Shown here: positions 1 through 13,071 of the stretch, one piece after another
Numbering within the stretch: position 1 is the first letter of the stretch
How the letters are laid out: every line of letters starts with the position of its first letter
Source of the DNA: Eledone cirrhosa
Lineage: Eukaryota
Length of the DNA: 64,000 bases
NCBI GenBank assembly: GCA_964016885.1
Contig: OZ024748.1
Span: forward strand, 54,374,001 to 54,438,000
Reading direction: 5' to 3'
Translations under genes and position numbers: made by a program
The notes under the pieces: model-generated
What the model saw: only the letters and a program-made list of their open reading frames with translations
Told to the model about the DNA's origin: nothing
Database searches by the model: none

Positions 1-104
1 TACACACACACACACACACAGTGACACGCACAAGGACACACCTGTCCATTTACCTAAATATAAAGGTATACTTAATATTTCCATTTGAATGGTTCTGCTA
101 CTGC

Positions 105-392
105 CATACCACTACCATCACCTATAAACAACTACAGCCACACCACCACCACCACTACCATCACCTATAAACAACTACAGCCACACCACCACCACCACTA
201 CCATCACCTATAAACAACTACAGCCACACCACCACCACCACTACCATCATCACCTATAAACAACTACAGCCACACCACCACCACCACTACCATCATCACC
301 TATAAACAACTACAGCCACACCACCACCACCACTACCATCACCTATAAACAACTACAGCCACAACACCACCACCACCACCAGCTATAAACAA
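105..392. repeat. Minisatellite, ~43-46 bp unit (CACTACCATCACCTATAAACAACTACAGCCACACCACCACCAC), about 6-7 copies
   Basis: Unit visibly repeated with small CAT/CAC slippage differences. Confidence 0.95.
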
Positions 393-467
393 CTTCACCA
401 ACAATGCCATTATCACCAGTAAACAACTACAGCTATAATACCACCTCCTCCACCACCAACAACAACA

Positions 468-548
468 ATAATAATTAATTGTTTCTACTTTAGGCACAAG
501 GCCAGCAATTATCCCAGTGCATTACTGGTACATTTATTTTATCGACAT
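468..548 (-). mobile_element. SINE family A, 3' tail fragment
   Basis: Reverse complement of ...CGATAAAATAAAGTACCAGTAATGCACTGGGATAATTGCTGGCCTTGTGCCTAAAGTAGAAACAATTA, shared with the copy at 22069-22265. Confidence 0.85.
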
Positions 549-1501
549 AATAATTAATAATCAATGGAAGTGTGTTAAGAAAGTCCTCACCTTGTTAACA
601 CCTAAACTCACAGCTCACAACATGTTAAGGACACGAGGGAGGTTGATCCATGTTTGGCAGGGGTGGGGAATGGAGGTGATAGTGGTCAGTGGTTGGAGTT
701 GACTGCTCTTCAGAACCTTCTAACCTTACCCACATCCCAAGCTCTTGCTACCTCTTTGTCTACTATACCCCCCTCTTAATATTTTTCTATTTCTTTAAGT
801 CAATCTTTTCTTGTAAATGTGGGATTGGTTTGAGGTGATCTGGATCAGAAAATAATCACATACATATATATTCACATACATTCAGATATATGTACATATA
901 CATACACACATACATACACACACATATACATATGTACATATATATACATACACACTCACATGCATACATATGTACATATATGCTCACATACATACATTCA
1001 TACAAATGTACATATACATTCACACTCATACATACATATGTGCATATACACACATACATACATACATACATACATATATACACACTCACATACTACATGT
1101 GTACATATACATACACACTCACATACATGTGTACATAAACAATAGAAAACATAAAAAGTCAAGGGAAAAATGATCTAAAAGCTTTAATATAAAGAAAAGA
1201 CATGGAAAATATAATGAGCAGAGACAAAAGAATAGGTGTGACAAGCCTGGAGCTTGTACCACTTGTAAAACAATAGTTGGACACACACACATAGAATGAA
1301 TACATTTAAAAGCTAACTAGTAGGCTATGTGATGTGGCAGAGCTGTGTGAAAGGCAAAGGATAGATTCTAGCTATGACAATACCTGTAAGAATTATTACA
1401 TAATGGGGAATAGTATGTTTCATCTCTCTGTCTAACTGACTTTGTCACAGAGCATGTGTGGTGTGACAGAGAGAGAAGGGCTGGGCATGTATTTGTATGT
1501 A

Positions 1502-1542
<41 letters not shown>

Positions 1543-1752
1543 ACATTTATATATACACACACCCACACACATATATATATACACGTGTGTATGTAAAATT
1601 GACGCAGAAGTCATGTAGCTTTGTGTGTATAAATTTACATCTGCATGCAAACACACACATGCATGCTTTATTATTACAATAATGTATTATTATTACAATG
1701 GATGTACAAAAAAGACTAGCTTGCAGACTATATAACTACTACAACTAATAAT

Positions 1753-1874
1753 TGTTTCTACTTTTGGCACAAGGCCAGCAAATACCCAGTATGTTACTGG
1801 TACTTTATTTTATCGACCCGTCCCCCGTAGGGATGAAAGGCAAAGTTAACCTCGGCAGGATTTGAATTCAGATC
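1753..1874 (-). mobile_element. SINE family A, 5'-truncated, with 12-bp TSD
   Basis: Core and tail match family A; ACAACTAATAAT flanks both sides (1741-1752, 1875-1886). Confidence 0.9.
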
Positions 1875-2482
1875 ACAACTAATAATGATAATAATACTGG
1901 TGATGTCTTTATTTGCTACACAAGGATGTCAAACGAGGAGTACATTACAGACACAGGTTACATAAAGTGTTTAGGGTTTACAAATCTAATGAGGAAAAAA
2001 AACACACACTAATGTTCTTTCATTTGTCCCAGGGGTGATATTACAAGGACAGATTACAAAATCGTGACAGTGGGGGCAGCTTACTTGCTAGTAGTTTTTT
2101 TTTTTTTTTTTTTTTAAGGTGTATGGTTACCTTTTTTTTTAAAGTGTATTTTTTTTTCACTTTATTAATTCATTTATTTTATTATTAGTGTTGTTTCCAC
2201 TTGACTAACTCTAAATGGTTTCTCACAGCCACTGCAAATGCTGTGGTTAGAAGAAAATACAATGTTGAATTTACAGCTTGCATCTATGTAGGTTTAGCTG
2301 GCCCCATAGATGGCTGCATCTCACAGAAGGTATCTTGGGTGTTTTAATGTTTGGGGCTCCCCCACACAGTCCTACCATTAAATGTAATGTCAAATGCAAA
2401 GAACACAATATGATGTCCACTAGACCATGTACCTTCACTCAGTACTGCTGCACAGATTATCAGTCCCATAACCTACTATTAA

Positions 2483-2701
2483 CCCTTTAGCATTTACATT
2501 GTTCTATATTTTCTATTGCATTTTCACGGTAAACACTTTATTTCACATAATTATCTCACATAATATCCGATCTATGAGATTTTGATATTATTTATTGAGA
2601 ACAATACCTTAACATAAGTATGAGCAGTCAGTTATGGCCAGTTTGAATAGAAAGAGGTGAGAGAATACTGGCCGGATACAGCTGGTCTAAATGCTAAAGG
2701 G
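2483..2701. mobile_element. piggyBac-type MITE (family B2)
   Basis: 14-bp TIR CCCTTTAGCATTTA/TAAATGCTAAAGGG, with TTAA on both sides (2479-2482, 2702-2705). Confidence 0.9.
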
Positions 2702-3025
2702 TTAATGCTACTAATTCTACTACTACAATTTCCCTTCAAGACACACACATTCTACTGTCACTACCACTTTTACCACTACCTGCACTACAACTGAGGTGTC
2801 ATTCCACTAACAACACTACTAGCATTTGCTAGGGTTACATGCTGTCACCACCTTGTATCCTCATTGTCTTTGCTACTACAACCTCGATAACCACCACTAT
2901 CACCCACTTCATCCATCACTGCTTCACGTGTATTAAACCACAATCAGATCCAACCATAAGAAGTCCAATTGGGTGTTACATATACATTGTCAGGTGGTGG
3001 TGCATCTATTTGAGCTGAGAGTAGT

Positions 3026-3410
3026 TGCATAAAACATATATATTGCAAAGTGGTGGTATATGTACTTAACGAGGTGAATTTATTACTTTAGCATGGAGCA
3101 GGGCAGGCCCTGTTGTGTAAACATATATATTGCAAAGTAGTATTGCATGTATTTAACGACCCAAGAGTATATTACTTTAGTGTGGGGCAGGCCCAATTGG
3201 ATAAACATATACAGGGTATCCCAAAATATTATATACACATTTATTAGAATGCTGTTGAAGTATGTATACATTTTTGGGGATACCCTGTATATTACAAAGC
3301 AGTGGTGTTTGTATTTGTCCGATCAAAAGTAGATTACAATGTGGTGTAATGTGTATTTGACAAAGTAAGAGCAGATTACTCTAGTGCAGGGTAGGAGGTC
3401 CAATTGGCTT
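3026..3410. repeat. Degenerate ~85-bp tandem repeat, 3-4 units
   Basis: AAACATATATATTGCAAAGT...TATTACTTTAG...GGGCAGGCCC recurs. Confidence 0.75.
3212..3287. mobile_element. 76-bp Tc1/mariner-type MITE with TA TSD
   Basis: TA|CAGGGTATCCC(C)AAAA...TTTTGGGGATACCCTG|TA; removing it restores the AAACATATATATT(A/G)CAAAG motif of the neighbouring repeat units. Confidence 0.9.
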
Positions 3411-3673
3411 AAGTCCAGTCTCTGAGCTCATATATGTTCCTCCCATGTATCTGTTGTTATTGGCAGTTTTGTTTTCTTTTCTCTTCCCAATCCTCTGTCA
3501 ATTTAGTCTTATTCTCACCTGTCTCATTCTCTCTCACTCTCCCATCACTCTGTCTTATCTTCCCCCTTTTCTTTCCCTTCTCTTTCCCCTCTCTCTGATT
3601 TTCCTCTAAATCTAATTTCTTTCTAGCCACCCCTGTTGTTTCCAATTTCACTGTCACCACTTCATAACATGTA

Positions 3674-3713
<40 letters not shown>

Positions 3714-4229
3714 ATTTTTCTTGGCTCAATGCTCACTTCCCACCTCTGCCTTTATCACCACCACCACAGCAGTGCCCCCCCTCCTCGTCATACCTACCCA
3801 CCTTGTTCCACCACCATCTCTACCAATGTTTGTACCTAATGACCAATGACAGATATATCAATGTCAAAACTTTAGGGTCTCTTTATGAATTTCAATGTCA
3901 ATGGAAAGTATGAAAATGTTTTCTTGTGGCTGTTCTTGTTGTTATATTTATTATTATTGACTTTCAAGGGCAAAATGTGGCTTGGAAGAATTGTTATAGC
4001 ATTGGACAAAATGCTTTGCAGTATTTGCTCTAGGTCTTTGTGTTCTGTGTTCCAACCCCACTGATGTCAACTTTGTCTAGTCATCCTTCTTGGGTCAATA
4101 AAATAATGTACCAGTCTGTTACCAGGGATATTTTAGCTCTTTTGATAGAAAACCACTCCTGGTTCTTTGATAAAAAGCTGTTTATTATTTCAAAGTATTT
4201 ATATTTATTACAAAACATCTCTCCTGTTG

Positions 4230-4363
4230 TAACTCCTAGCAAAAGTAACAACATGGAATACGGTATTTAACTGAAGAGCACACAATGCAACACCTGGACC
4301 AGGTATTGAAACCACAACCTTTTGATCAGGAGTCCAACACCCTAACTACTAGGCCACGTGCCT
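4230..4363 (-). mobile_element. Degenerate tRNA-derived SINE head (Meta-like)
   Basis: Minus strand reads AGGCACGTGGCCTAGTAGTTAGGGTGTTGGAC...GGTTTCAATACC (A/B-box-like), similar to the 35821 copy. Confidence 0.6.
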
Positions 4364-4772
4364 TAACCCTCCTAAGATCAGAAGGACCTTGAGGTAGAAT
4401 GTTGTATGGTTGTGTGGAGGAGGTGGTCCATTAGTTTAGCTGTAGTGTGGAGGTGGGAAGATAGAGACTTTAGATAACAAACAGCTTTTCTTAACAATTA
4501 CAACTCTCTTAGGTCATGTTGTCAGATAAGGGTGTGTGTGTATGTAGTGTTGTATATGTAAGTATGTTTGTGTGTGTGTATATTGTGTATGTATTGTCTT
4601 ATATGTAATAGTGTTCTCTCTGTGTGTTTGTATACTGAAGAGTTGTGGAGGTGTGTTGTTTAATGGTGTTATTTTGATACTAGTGGGTCAGGGGTGGGTG
4701 TTGGAGGAGCCGTTAGTGATTAAAGTAGAGCTTCTAATGGAGATAGCTTCATAATTGTTATATATATGTATG

Positions 4773-4852
<80 letters not shown>

Positions 4853-5538
4853 TACACCACATACCTGTGTGTATGTGTCATAAGAAGTGACTAAAAGGGT
4901 TGGTACTAACAAGGGCATCCAGTTGTAAAACAGCTCAAATAAGTCTTCTCTAATGTCATTCTTCTCACCACCCCTTACACACACACAGTTCTAAGCTAAC
5001 CCCTTCTTTGGGGTGGAGATGACCTGAAAACACTTGTTCTGTGTGTGTATGTCTAGTAGTATGTTGTGGTGATACCAGCTGTGTAATTGTGACCATATCC
5101 TGTATTTCTATGTATGTCTGTGTGTTTGAGAGAGACAGATAAAGCCTAGGTGAATGAGGATAGGTTTAGATAATGTATGGTGTGGTGTGGGGCATAGTGA
5201 TGGTGGCTGTGGTGTGATAGGTATGGGTGGGGTGGGATGAACATGGAAGTGGGGTGTGAGGGTGGGGGGTTAACCAGTAATCACTGATAATGCTGTCAAC
5301 AAACAACAGTGTTGCTATAGCTATGTCATAATAACTGATTTATTTGGGGAGGTATGTGTTGAAACAAAGAAGTTTTCCGGTTATGTTGTGTGATTGTTTT
5401 TACTAACTGTCTATTTTTATTTCTTTTTTGTTTTGTTTTGTTAGCTCTTAATTTTAGTAGTGCTCCCCCTGTCTCCCTCCATGTCTGTATCTACTGTTTG
5501 TATTTATGTTCATAAGTATCTATCTATCTCTCTCTCTC

Positions 5539-5575
<37 letters not shown>

Positions 5576-5685
5576 ATGCAATTATATATGTATGTGAGTT
5601 GGTGATGTTTGAAGTAGAAGCAGGTTTTTTAGTACAAACTGCTGTTTATTGCAAAATTTCAGTATATATTGCATAATTCATTTAT

Positions 5686-5840
5686 GGGTTTCAGTCATTA
5701 GGCTGTGGCCATGCTGGGGTGCCACCCTGAGTTAATTGATTATGTCAACCTTGGCATATATTTTTTTATCAAGATTGGTTCTTATTATATCGAGGAATTT
5801 TTTGACAAACCGCTTTACAGGACATAAACATAGACATGAA
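5686..5840 (-). mobile_element. SINE family C, 3' portion
   Basis: GGTTTCAGTCATTAGGCTGTGGCCATGCTGGGG matches 47850-47885 and, in opposite orientation, 19112-19165. Confidence 0.65.
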
Positions 5841-7333
5841 CACATACATACACATACACACACACACACAGCCTGGTATTGGTCAACCAGAGTTGTTTGA
5901 CTCAGTTATAAGGTGAGGAGGGTAACTTCAATTCCTAGACTGGGCAGTGTGCTGTGTTCTTCTGTAAGATGCTTGAAATTCATATTGCTTTTCATCATAG
6001 GATGAGGCCCCTTATCATTAAAACACCCAAGAAACCTTCTATGAGGTGCAGCTAAGGCTTACATAGGTTGAAGCTGAAAATTTCATTTCATTTAATTTTC
6101 CATTTCATTTCATCTCATTTTAAGAATTTGTAAACGAAGCCAAAAAAGCCAAGCATGTGACTGAACAGGAACATGTGGTCACCTGACCAGTTTAGCTGCA
6201 TAATGTGATGATAGCCTAACACATACAGGCATGGAAAATGGATGTTAGATGGTAATGATGATGATGAACTAACTTTCTCGCTATTAAGGCTGGTCTTTGG
6301 AACATGACACAACAAAGGTCCTTACATGGAAGGTTTTTAGATAAATAAAAACACATTAAATTAAACAGTTTTGTATTGTAGAACTATTGTTGTGCATCTG
6401 CATTACACGCTGGATCATGTTGCAAGCAGTAATTGTGCAGCTGCTTTTATTTAATGCATACATGCACTTTTTATTATCCCACACCTCTCATCTATCCCTG
6501 ACACCATTGCGCTTAACTGTTCAGAAATTCTGCTTTATGTGTAATAATGCTGGCACCTGGACATTATATACACATATATATATATGATGTTGATATGATA
6601 TATATATACACACACATATATAAATAACTATACACATATATACACACACACATATGAATATATTTATGTATATATTTATAATTTTTACAAAAGTTACATA
6701 AATGCATCATCTTAAATTTGTTTAAAGTGCGAACTGCTGCTCTGTGGCAACTGAATGCATTGCAGTTAGTTTTAGAATTGTATTATTGTTTGGTTTAAAT
6801 AAAGACTGGGTGGTAGGCATAAACTGCCAAATGTACACACACACACACTTGTATATAATCTATATATGCATTTATAATGAATATATATGTGTGTGTGTGT
6901 ATATGCACATGTATATATATATAATGAAAAAAGAAACAGCCCCCTTCCCCAATCCTGTCTGATGGTTCAGACATAAAAGAAAACATACAAATTTTACATA
7001 AATCAATGTATATTTAATGAACAACTAGGGGGAAGAAGGGGAAAAAAGTGTTATTTAGATAATATAAGTAGGAATATATATGGTCAACTAAATACTAGCT
7101 AGATCTTTCAGTTAACAAATATTTTAAGCAAAAAAACCCTCAGAAAAATGACAAATAAATATGTCTAAAACTCACTCGTAAGAATTGTTATGATAGGAGT
7201 TATGTAGAGAGCATTGGTTAGGGTTTTCAATTTACGTGATTTGAGAGTACATTGTGATGGTGATGTGGGGTTATTGGTTATGAGAATCTGTAGAGGTTAT
7301 TTGGCTGTCTGTTGTGTTGGTTGTCAACTTTAA

Positions 7334-7545
7334 CCCTTTTGTTACTATCTTTCTTTGTTTCTTGTGAAAGACTCTACTAATCTGTTTTAAATCATTTTGA
7401 AAATAATCAAGAATTCGCGGGGTGGAGGATTTAATCAAATAAATAGCTTTCCCATGATTAAACTGGTTTTTTGTGCATAATTTAGCAAAAGTTGTTACAT
7501 AAAATTATGATGGAATATTTTTAGATGAAAACAAATACTTTAAAA
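7334..7545 (+). mobile_element. piggyBac-type MITE family B1, partial
   Basis: TTAA|CCCTTT terminus and internal TTTTGAAAATAATCAAGAATTC...TTACATAAAATTATGATGGAA shared with 44076-44337. Confidence 0.8.
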
Positions 7546-7905
7546 CAAAGTGTTGAGGTGGTTTCTCGTGGTTTGGCATGCAGAGAGTTAAAACTGGCTT
7601 TGCACTTGGTACTATTAACAAAATACAGTGTCATTGACTCTTGGAAGTTTTTCAGGTGCTGAGGTGACAGACAGACATTCACCTCTGGGAGTCTTTTAGA
7701 TTTTTTTTTTATATATATATTTTGTGTATTGTTTTTCTTTTCAACAAAAGTTGATATGTTTATACAAAGGGCATCATTTACTTTGCTAAGATGATGGTGG
7801 GGTGTGTCATATATCGCACATGATTGTACACATGTGCACAAGTGAGCACAAATACATATATAAGTATATGAATATGCATCCATGTATGTGCATATATATA
7901 CATAC

Positions 7906-7938
<33 letters not shown>

Positions 7939-8439
7939 TGTGTGTGCATTTGTAATGATTCATATTTATATAGACTCACAGAGCATAACACGTTGATTAA
8001 ATCAATGTTTTAGAAATAAGTAGCCATGCATGAATGCTTCTACACATGCATACTTACAGCTTGTCTTACAAAGTGTTACAGATACTACCTAATATACTAA
8101 CATTCTAATTTGGTGCTTTTTTCATTTTTTTTTTTTTTTTTTTTTGCAGGAAAGCAGGGTGGGAGCTCTATTTTGTTCCCCTCCTCCTATACATACATTT
8201 ATTCGCTGTTTCTTTTTCTTATTTTTGTTTTATCATAAGCAATCAGCACAGTCTCCTGTCACATCCCCTCCTCCCCGACTCCTTTTATTTATATATACTG
8301 AAGGTCAGCTGGTAGAGTGGTTCAGCTTGCTTGCTTGGGAAGTTCTGGGTTCAAATCTGCTAAAATGCATTGATTTTTTTTTTTTTTTTTTTTTTTTGCA
8401 GTGGTGCGTGTTAATATATCAATACATATGTGTTAATAA

Positions 8440-8655
8440 TACCACTGAAATGCCACCAAATGCCGACCATTTACAGAATCTACTTGGTGCATTTTATTTT
8501 GGTGCTTGCACTACAATTTTATAGAGTGCACTTGGTATATTTTATCATAGCGCCAGCACTACCACTTTACAGAGTGTACTAAGTATATTTTATTGCTGAA
8601 CCAGCACTGTCATTTTACAGAGTGTATTGTGTCCTTTTGATCATGGAACCAACAT
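8440..8655. repeat. Degenerate ~49-bp tandem array, ~4 units, related to the RTE 3'-UTR segment
   Basis: CA(C/T)TTTACAGAGTGTACT...ATTTTAT...CCAGCACT recurs; resembles CACATTTACAGTGTGGAACTGGG at 17457. Confidence 0.65.
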
Positions 8656-9722
8656 ATATATATATATATAACCTCCCTTGTTCTTAAAAGGTGCTCTCCA
8701 CTGTAATTTAGTGTACTAATCAGTTTTGTTTTTTGTTTTTTGTAATTTTCTACCAGTAACACACTGGGTCCTCCTCCCCCAAAAATTGCTGGCCTTGTGC
8801 CTAAATTAGAAACCTTTCTTGTCTATTATATATACTAAAGTCCAACCCTTGCTAACAAGGAGAACAGGCATTAAATACTGACAATGTTTTATTTTAATTT
8901 TTGTTTTTCTGAACAACTATCTATTCTGTTCTGTTTAGTTTTGTTTTTATTCTGTAATCCCTGTATTCTTTCATTCTGCTTTCACTCTTATTAGTATTAT
9001 TGTTATTCACCTGATTTTCCACCTTCTACTTTTTTGTTTTTGTTGCATAAATAAAATCACATCAGAACACCTCTTACATGGACAACATACATTCTTTGTT
9101 TTAGATACTGGAATATATAAACTCTCACATATAGATACATACCTCTCTCTCTCTCTCTACAGGTTTATGTTCCCTAATACATTTAAAGAAATACGCAAAT
9201 ACATACATACAATTATACGTATCTTACTTTGTAATTTTCCTCATAAATAATTAATGGTTGTCTTTTGTGATGTTTTGTTTTCTACTTTAGTGGCAAACAA
9301 GGCCCTCTTTGTATTATTTTGTTTTATCATGGAAAGCTCAAGAAAGGCATGAATGTCACAAATTGTCATTTCCTTTTGAGTGATGCGTCAAATTGTCTCA
9401 TTGAATAACTTTTGAACCTACATAGTTATATTTAGACAACAACATCATATAGTGTGCGGTAACTTCTAAAGAACAATACAATAAAGACCTAAAGACATTT
9501 CTGTCATGCACCAAAGATCTAAATATAATTATTCTATCTAGCAAAATAATAATAATAATAATAATAAATGAAAGATAAATATGTTTTACAAAACGAGTAT
9601 AAACTTCCTTAGTCAAGACTACTTGACCACTCTTATTTAAATGTTGTTAAATTCCTACTTCTAAAAATTGACAATGATAACAACATTGAGATTTTAGTCT
9701 AGGAGACACAAAACTATATTAA

Positions 9723-10013
9723 TCTTTTTGATACCAATCTGCTCAAAACTGCTCCTTGTTCTCTGAAACTAAGTCACACATTTTTCAAGAGTTCCTATTT
9801 AAATTAATATCTTCCAACATCATGATCATCATTATCATTTTACGTCCGCTTTTCCCTGCTTGCAAGGGTGGGACAACTTAATTCTATATAAGAACCATAT
9901 GTTAAGATGTCTTAGTATAATTAAAAATAATAATTCTAGTAAATTCCTCAAAAGTCTTCATTACTTAAATGAAATACAGTGTATATTTCATTAGAAATGT
10001 GGTAATGAAAGGG
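9723..10013 (-). mobile_element. piggyBac-type MITE B1, full length, with nested RTE 3'-tail fragment (~9817-9876)
   Basis: TTAA at both ends; TCTTTTTGATACC...GGTAATGAAAGGG termini; nested CATCAT...TTTTACGTCCGCTTTTCCCTGCTTGCAAGGG. Confidence 0.8.
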
Positions 10014-11207
10014 TTAAAATTTATATAAAAAATTATTTTATCCATGTTATTGAAAACTCAATTTCATTCCTAGTTGTGACCAATATGTCAGGAACTGCTC
10101 TAATACCTGATCACAAGAAGATCAGCTATTTTCGTTTTTCTCTCATCCTTTCAGGGTTTGAATAGTGTCTTTCTATTGAGAATGGCAATGCTATACTTGT
10201 TGTTGATCTCAGAAAATGTTGATACTACCTGTTGGAAAGACACTCTACTCCACAAAATACTTTTAGGATTTGCTTTGGTTGTTTGATGCCTATGTTCTGC
10301 ATCTGAAATGATGAGTTAGTGCAATTGTTTTGTGACAGTTGAGGTGGGGAGGATGTTCATACAAGGTCAACACTCCTTTCTGGCCATCCTATTAATCTTG
10401 GAGTGATTGTCATGTTTAAGAAAATAGTGAGTAGGAAAAAAAGGACCCTTATTTATTAAAAATTGGAGTATGATTTAGTGATAAGACAGTGCCCTAATAT
10501 TGACACTGTTTCACTTATTATTCCATCCTAAAACTCATACACAGCTCTCTCTGTACCAATTACTATCCCACCTTAACCAAACCTTAGCTGTCCTCAATTT
10601 ATCCTCCCAGATTAATTAGGGGATATATAAGTACTTGTGTTTGTGACTCTGGTGCTTCCTTATGTATGTGTGTGTGTATGTGTATGTGTGTATATGTATA
10701 TAGTCTGACAAGTTTGGTTGTTGTTGGTGGTGGAGGGGAGGTGAAAAGGAATGGTTTTTAAACAGGAGCCTTTGAGACCTAAAGATTGGAAGTGTCTGGG
10801 ATTTAGTGTGAGGCTGGTAGAGAGAGAGAGGGTCCCACCAGTTATTTCTCTTCACCCCTTCTCTCTCTTCCTCCCCACCCTCTCTCCTATCCCATTTCTT
10901 TCTCAACAACCATTATTATTATCAGAGGCCATCATCTGCAAATGGAGACACTCATTCCATCATTCCATCACCAAAACATAAATTTTGCTTTACTTTTGAA
11001 AGGATGCAGTGTTTATCACATGCCCCTCTTTTCACCCTCACTCGCACTTCCCCCTCTTTTCACCTTTAACCCTTTATCTCACCACCACCACCATCTCTCC
11101 CTCTGTCACCACCTTCTCTTCACAACCATTTCTCTCTTTCTCTCTCTTTCTCCCCTTTTTCTTTCCTCTGGTACATCTTAGAGTTTCTATATTTCTTGTT
11201 TGAGCTT

Positions 11208-11239
<32 letters not shown>

Positions 11240-12016
11240 AGTGGTGGTGGTGGCGGCGGTGGGAAGATTGGTAAGTAAGTAGTTTTATAGTTCACCCTAA
11301 TTCCTTCCTATCATTCATTTCCCCCTCTCACCACCACCTACTATCTTTGCCATTAGTGTTTATTTGTCAAAGTGTAGAGGTATTGGTGGCTACCCCCTCT
11401 CTGCCTCTGAGTGTGTGTGGTGGTGATGGATAGCCACTGTGTGTATGTGTGGTGGTGGTGGTGGTGGATAGCCTCTGTGTGTGTATTCTATGTAGGAAAG
11501 AATTCAACAAGGAGGTGGAGGTATGTTTCCTGACCCCTTCTCAACAACTTTGCCAATCTGTGTTTTTTCTCTTCTTTGATGTACTGGAGATGGTGTTGGA
11601 AAATGCTTCTGGGATCACTAAATTATTTTCATCACACACACATTCTTCTACAAACACTGATATATATCATGATCACACTAGCATGGGTTAGACAAGTTGT
11701 CCCATTGTGAGACAAACCATATCAAACATATATTGCAAAACAAATACTGCTATATATATATATAGCTTACATTTGCCTTCCCATCATGCATCTGTGTGTA
11801 TGTATGTAGTGTAAATGATCAAAAAGCTTCTGTGGACGAGGGAGTGTATTGTACATACACATAAACAAACATATGTATACACACACTGGCACACATACAT
11901 ATACACACACTGGCACACATACATATACTCCCAGAGAGTATTTCAACACCAACCTCCACACACATTATTGTTGGCTATTCTGTTGTTGGTTTATTAACCC
12001 TTTTGATGCCATGTTT

Positions 12017-12190
12017 ATAATTGTTTCTACTTTTGGCAATTATCCCAGTGCATTACTGGTACTTTATTTTATCGATCCCCGTAAGGATGAAAGGCAAAGT
12101 TAACCTCGGCGGGATTTGAACTCAGATCATAAAGGGCTGTAACTCTGGACTGCAAAGCGTCCGACTCTCTACCGATACTGCCAATTCACC
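12017..12190 (-). mobile_element. SINE family A, near full length
   Basis: Reverse complement of the 22069-22265 copy, including GGTGAATTGGCAGTATCGGTAGAG (A box) and GAGTTCAAATCC (B box). Confidence 0.9.
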
Positions 12191-12793
12191 AATGAAAGAC
12201 TGGCAGGAATTTGGTGAAATTTAGTCATGTGACTATCTTTCTAACTATTAAGCTGGTTTTTGGAACACAACTTAACAAAGGTTCTTACATAAAATTATGA
12301 TAGAAGATTTTTTTGCTAAAAGTTTGGCAGTAAATGGGTTAATAGTATTCACCTTCTAGTTACTAGTGTTAAAACATTATACTAATACCAACCAACACTG
12401 ACCACCAACCTTTTATTTCGGGGTTTAGGAAGTGGAAGGAAGGGGATTAACTATGTTAATAAAATTCTTCAATGTTTTCTAGGAAATCATGAAAGCATAA
12501 GGGAACAGGGTGGTTTGGAATGATGATGAGGGAAAGATAGGGAGGGCTGCTGTTTTTTGTTTTGTTTTGTTTGTTTTTTCCCCTTTAAATAAACAAAAGA
12601 TATTCATCTTTTGACTAGTTTTTTATGTTACTTCCCAACAAACATTTATGTCAAGAGTATTTTTAGAAATAAGGATATAGAAATCATTGCTCTCTGTGGA
12701 GAGAGAGCAGTTTAGCTGAAAGCCTCATCTAATGCATCAACATAACCAACAAACAACACAAAGTGTATTAGGACTGAAAACATTCGGGGTTAA

Positions 12794-13071
12794 CCCCTCT
12801 CATACCAAATAATCTGAAACCTCCCCTCATACTACAAATCAAAACTGTTAAAATGTTTATAATTTTATGTAAGAATCTTTGTTATGTTCCAAACCCCAGC
12901 GTAATAATGAGAAAGTTGGTTATAAAACCTATGTTAAGATATGTTCCAAACACCAGTGTAATAATGAGAAAGTTATTTATATTACTAAATCCCTTCTAAT
13001 TCCTGATCATTTTCAAAATGATTTGAAAATGATAGGCAGCACCTTTCATTAGAAATATGGTAATGAAAGGA
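12794..13071 (-). mobile_element. piggyBac-type MITE B1 with internal tandem duplication
   Basis: TTAA flanks; ATGTTCCAAAC(C/A)CCAG(C/T)GTAATAATGAGAAAGTT occurs twice. Confidence 0.8.

Noticed and set aside
856-1682. Overlapping ORFs rich in Y/I/H/T/C/V/M (also at 23785-24439, 33685-34336, 37689-38240, 51790-54146 and others)
   Set aside because: Translations of (TA)n, (CA)n and (TACA)n microsatellites, which lack stop codons
9140-9170. CAG|GT recursive splice sites (also 2118, 44436)
   Set aside because: Donor halves are far from GTRAG; the 44436 site lies in a dispersed repeat
10155-10286. 43-codon open frame after TTTCAG (similar cases at 39250, 45849, 59149)
   Set aside because: No convincing donor or coding-like composition; expected by chance in pyrimidine-rich introns
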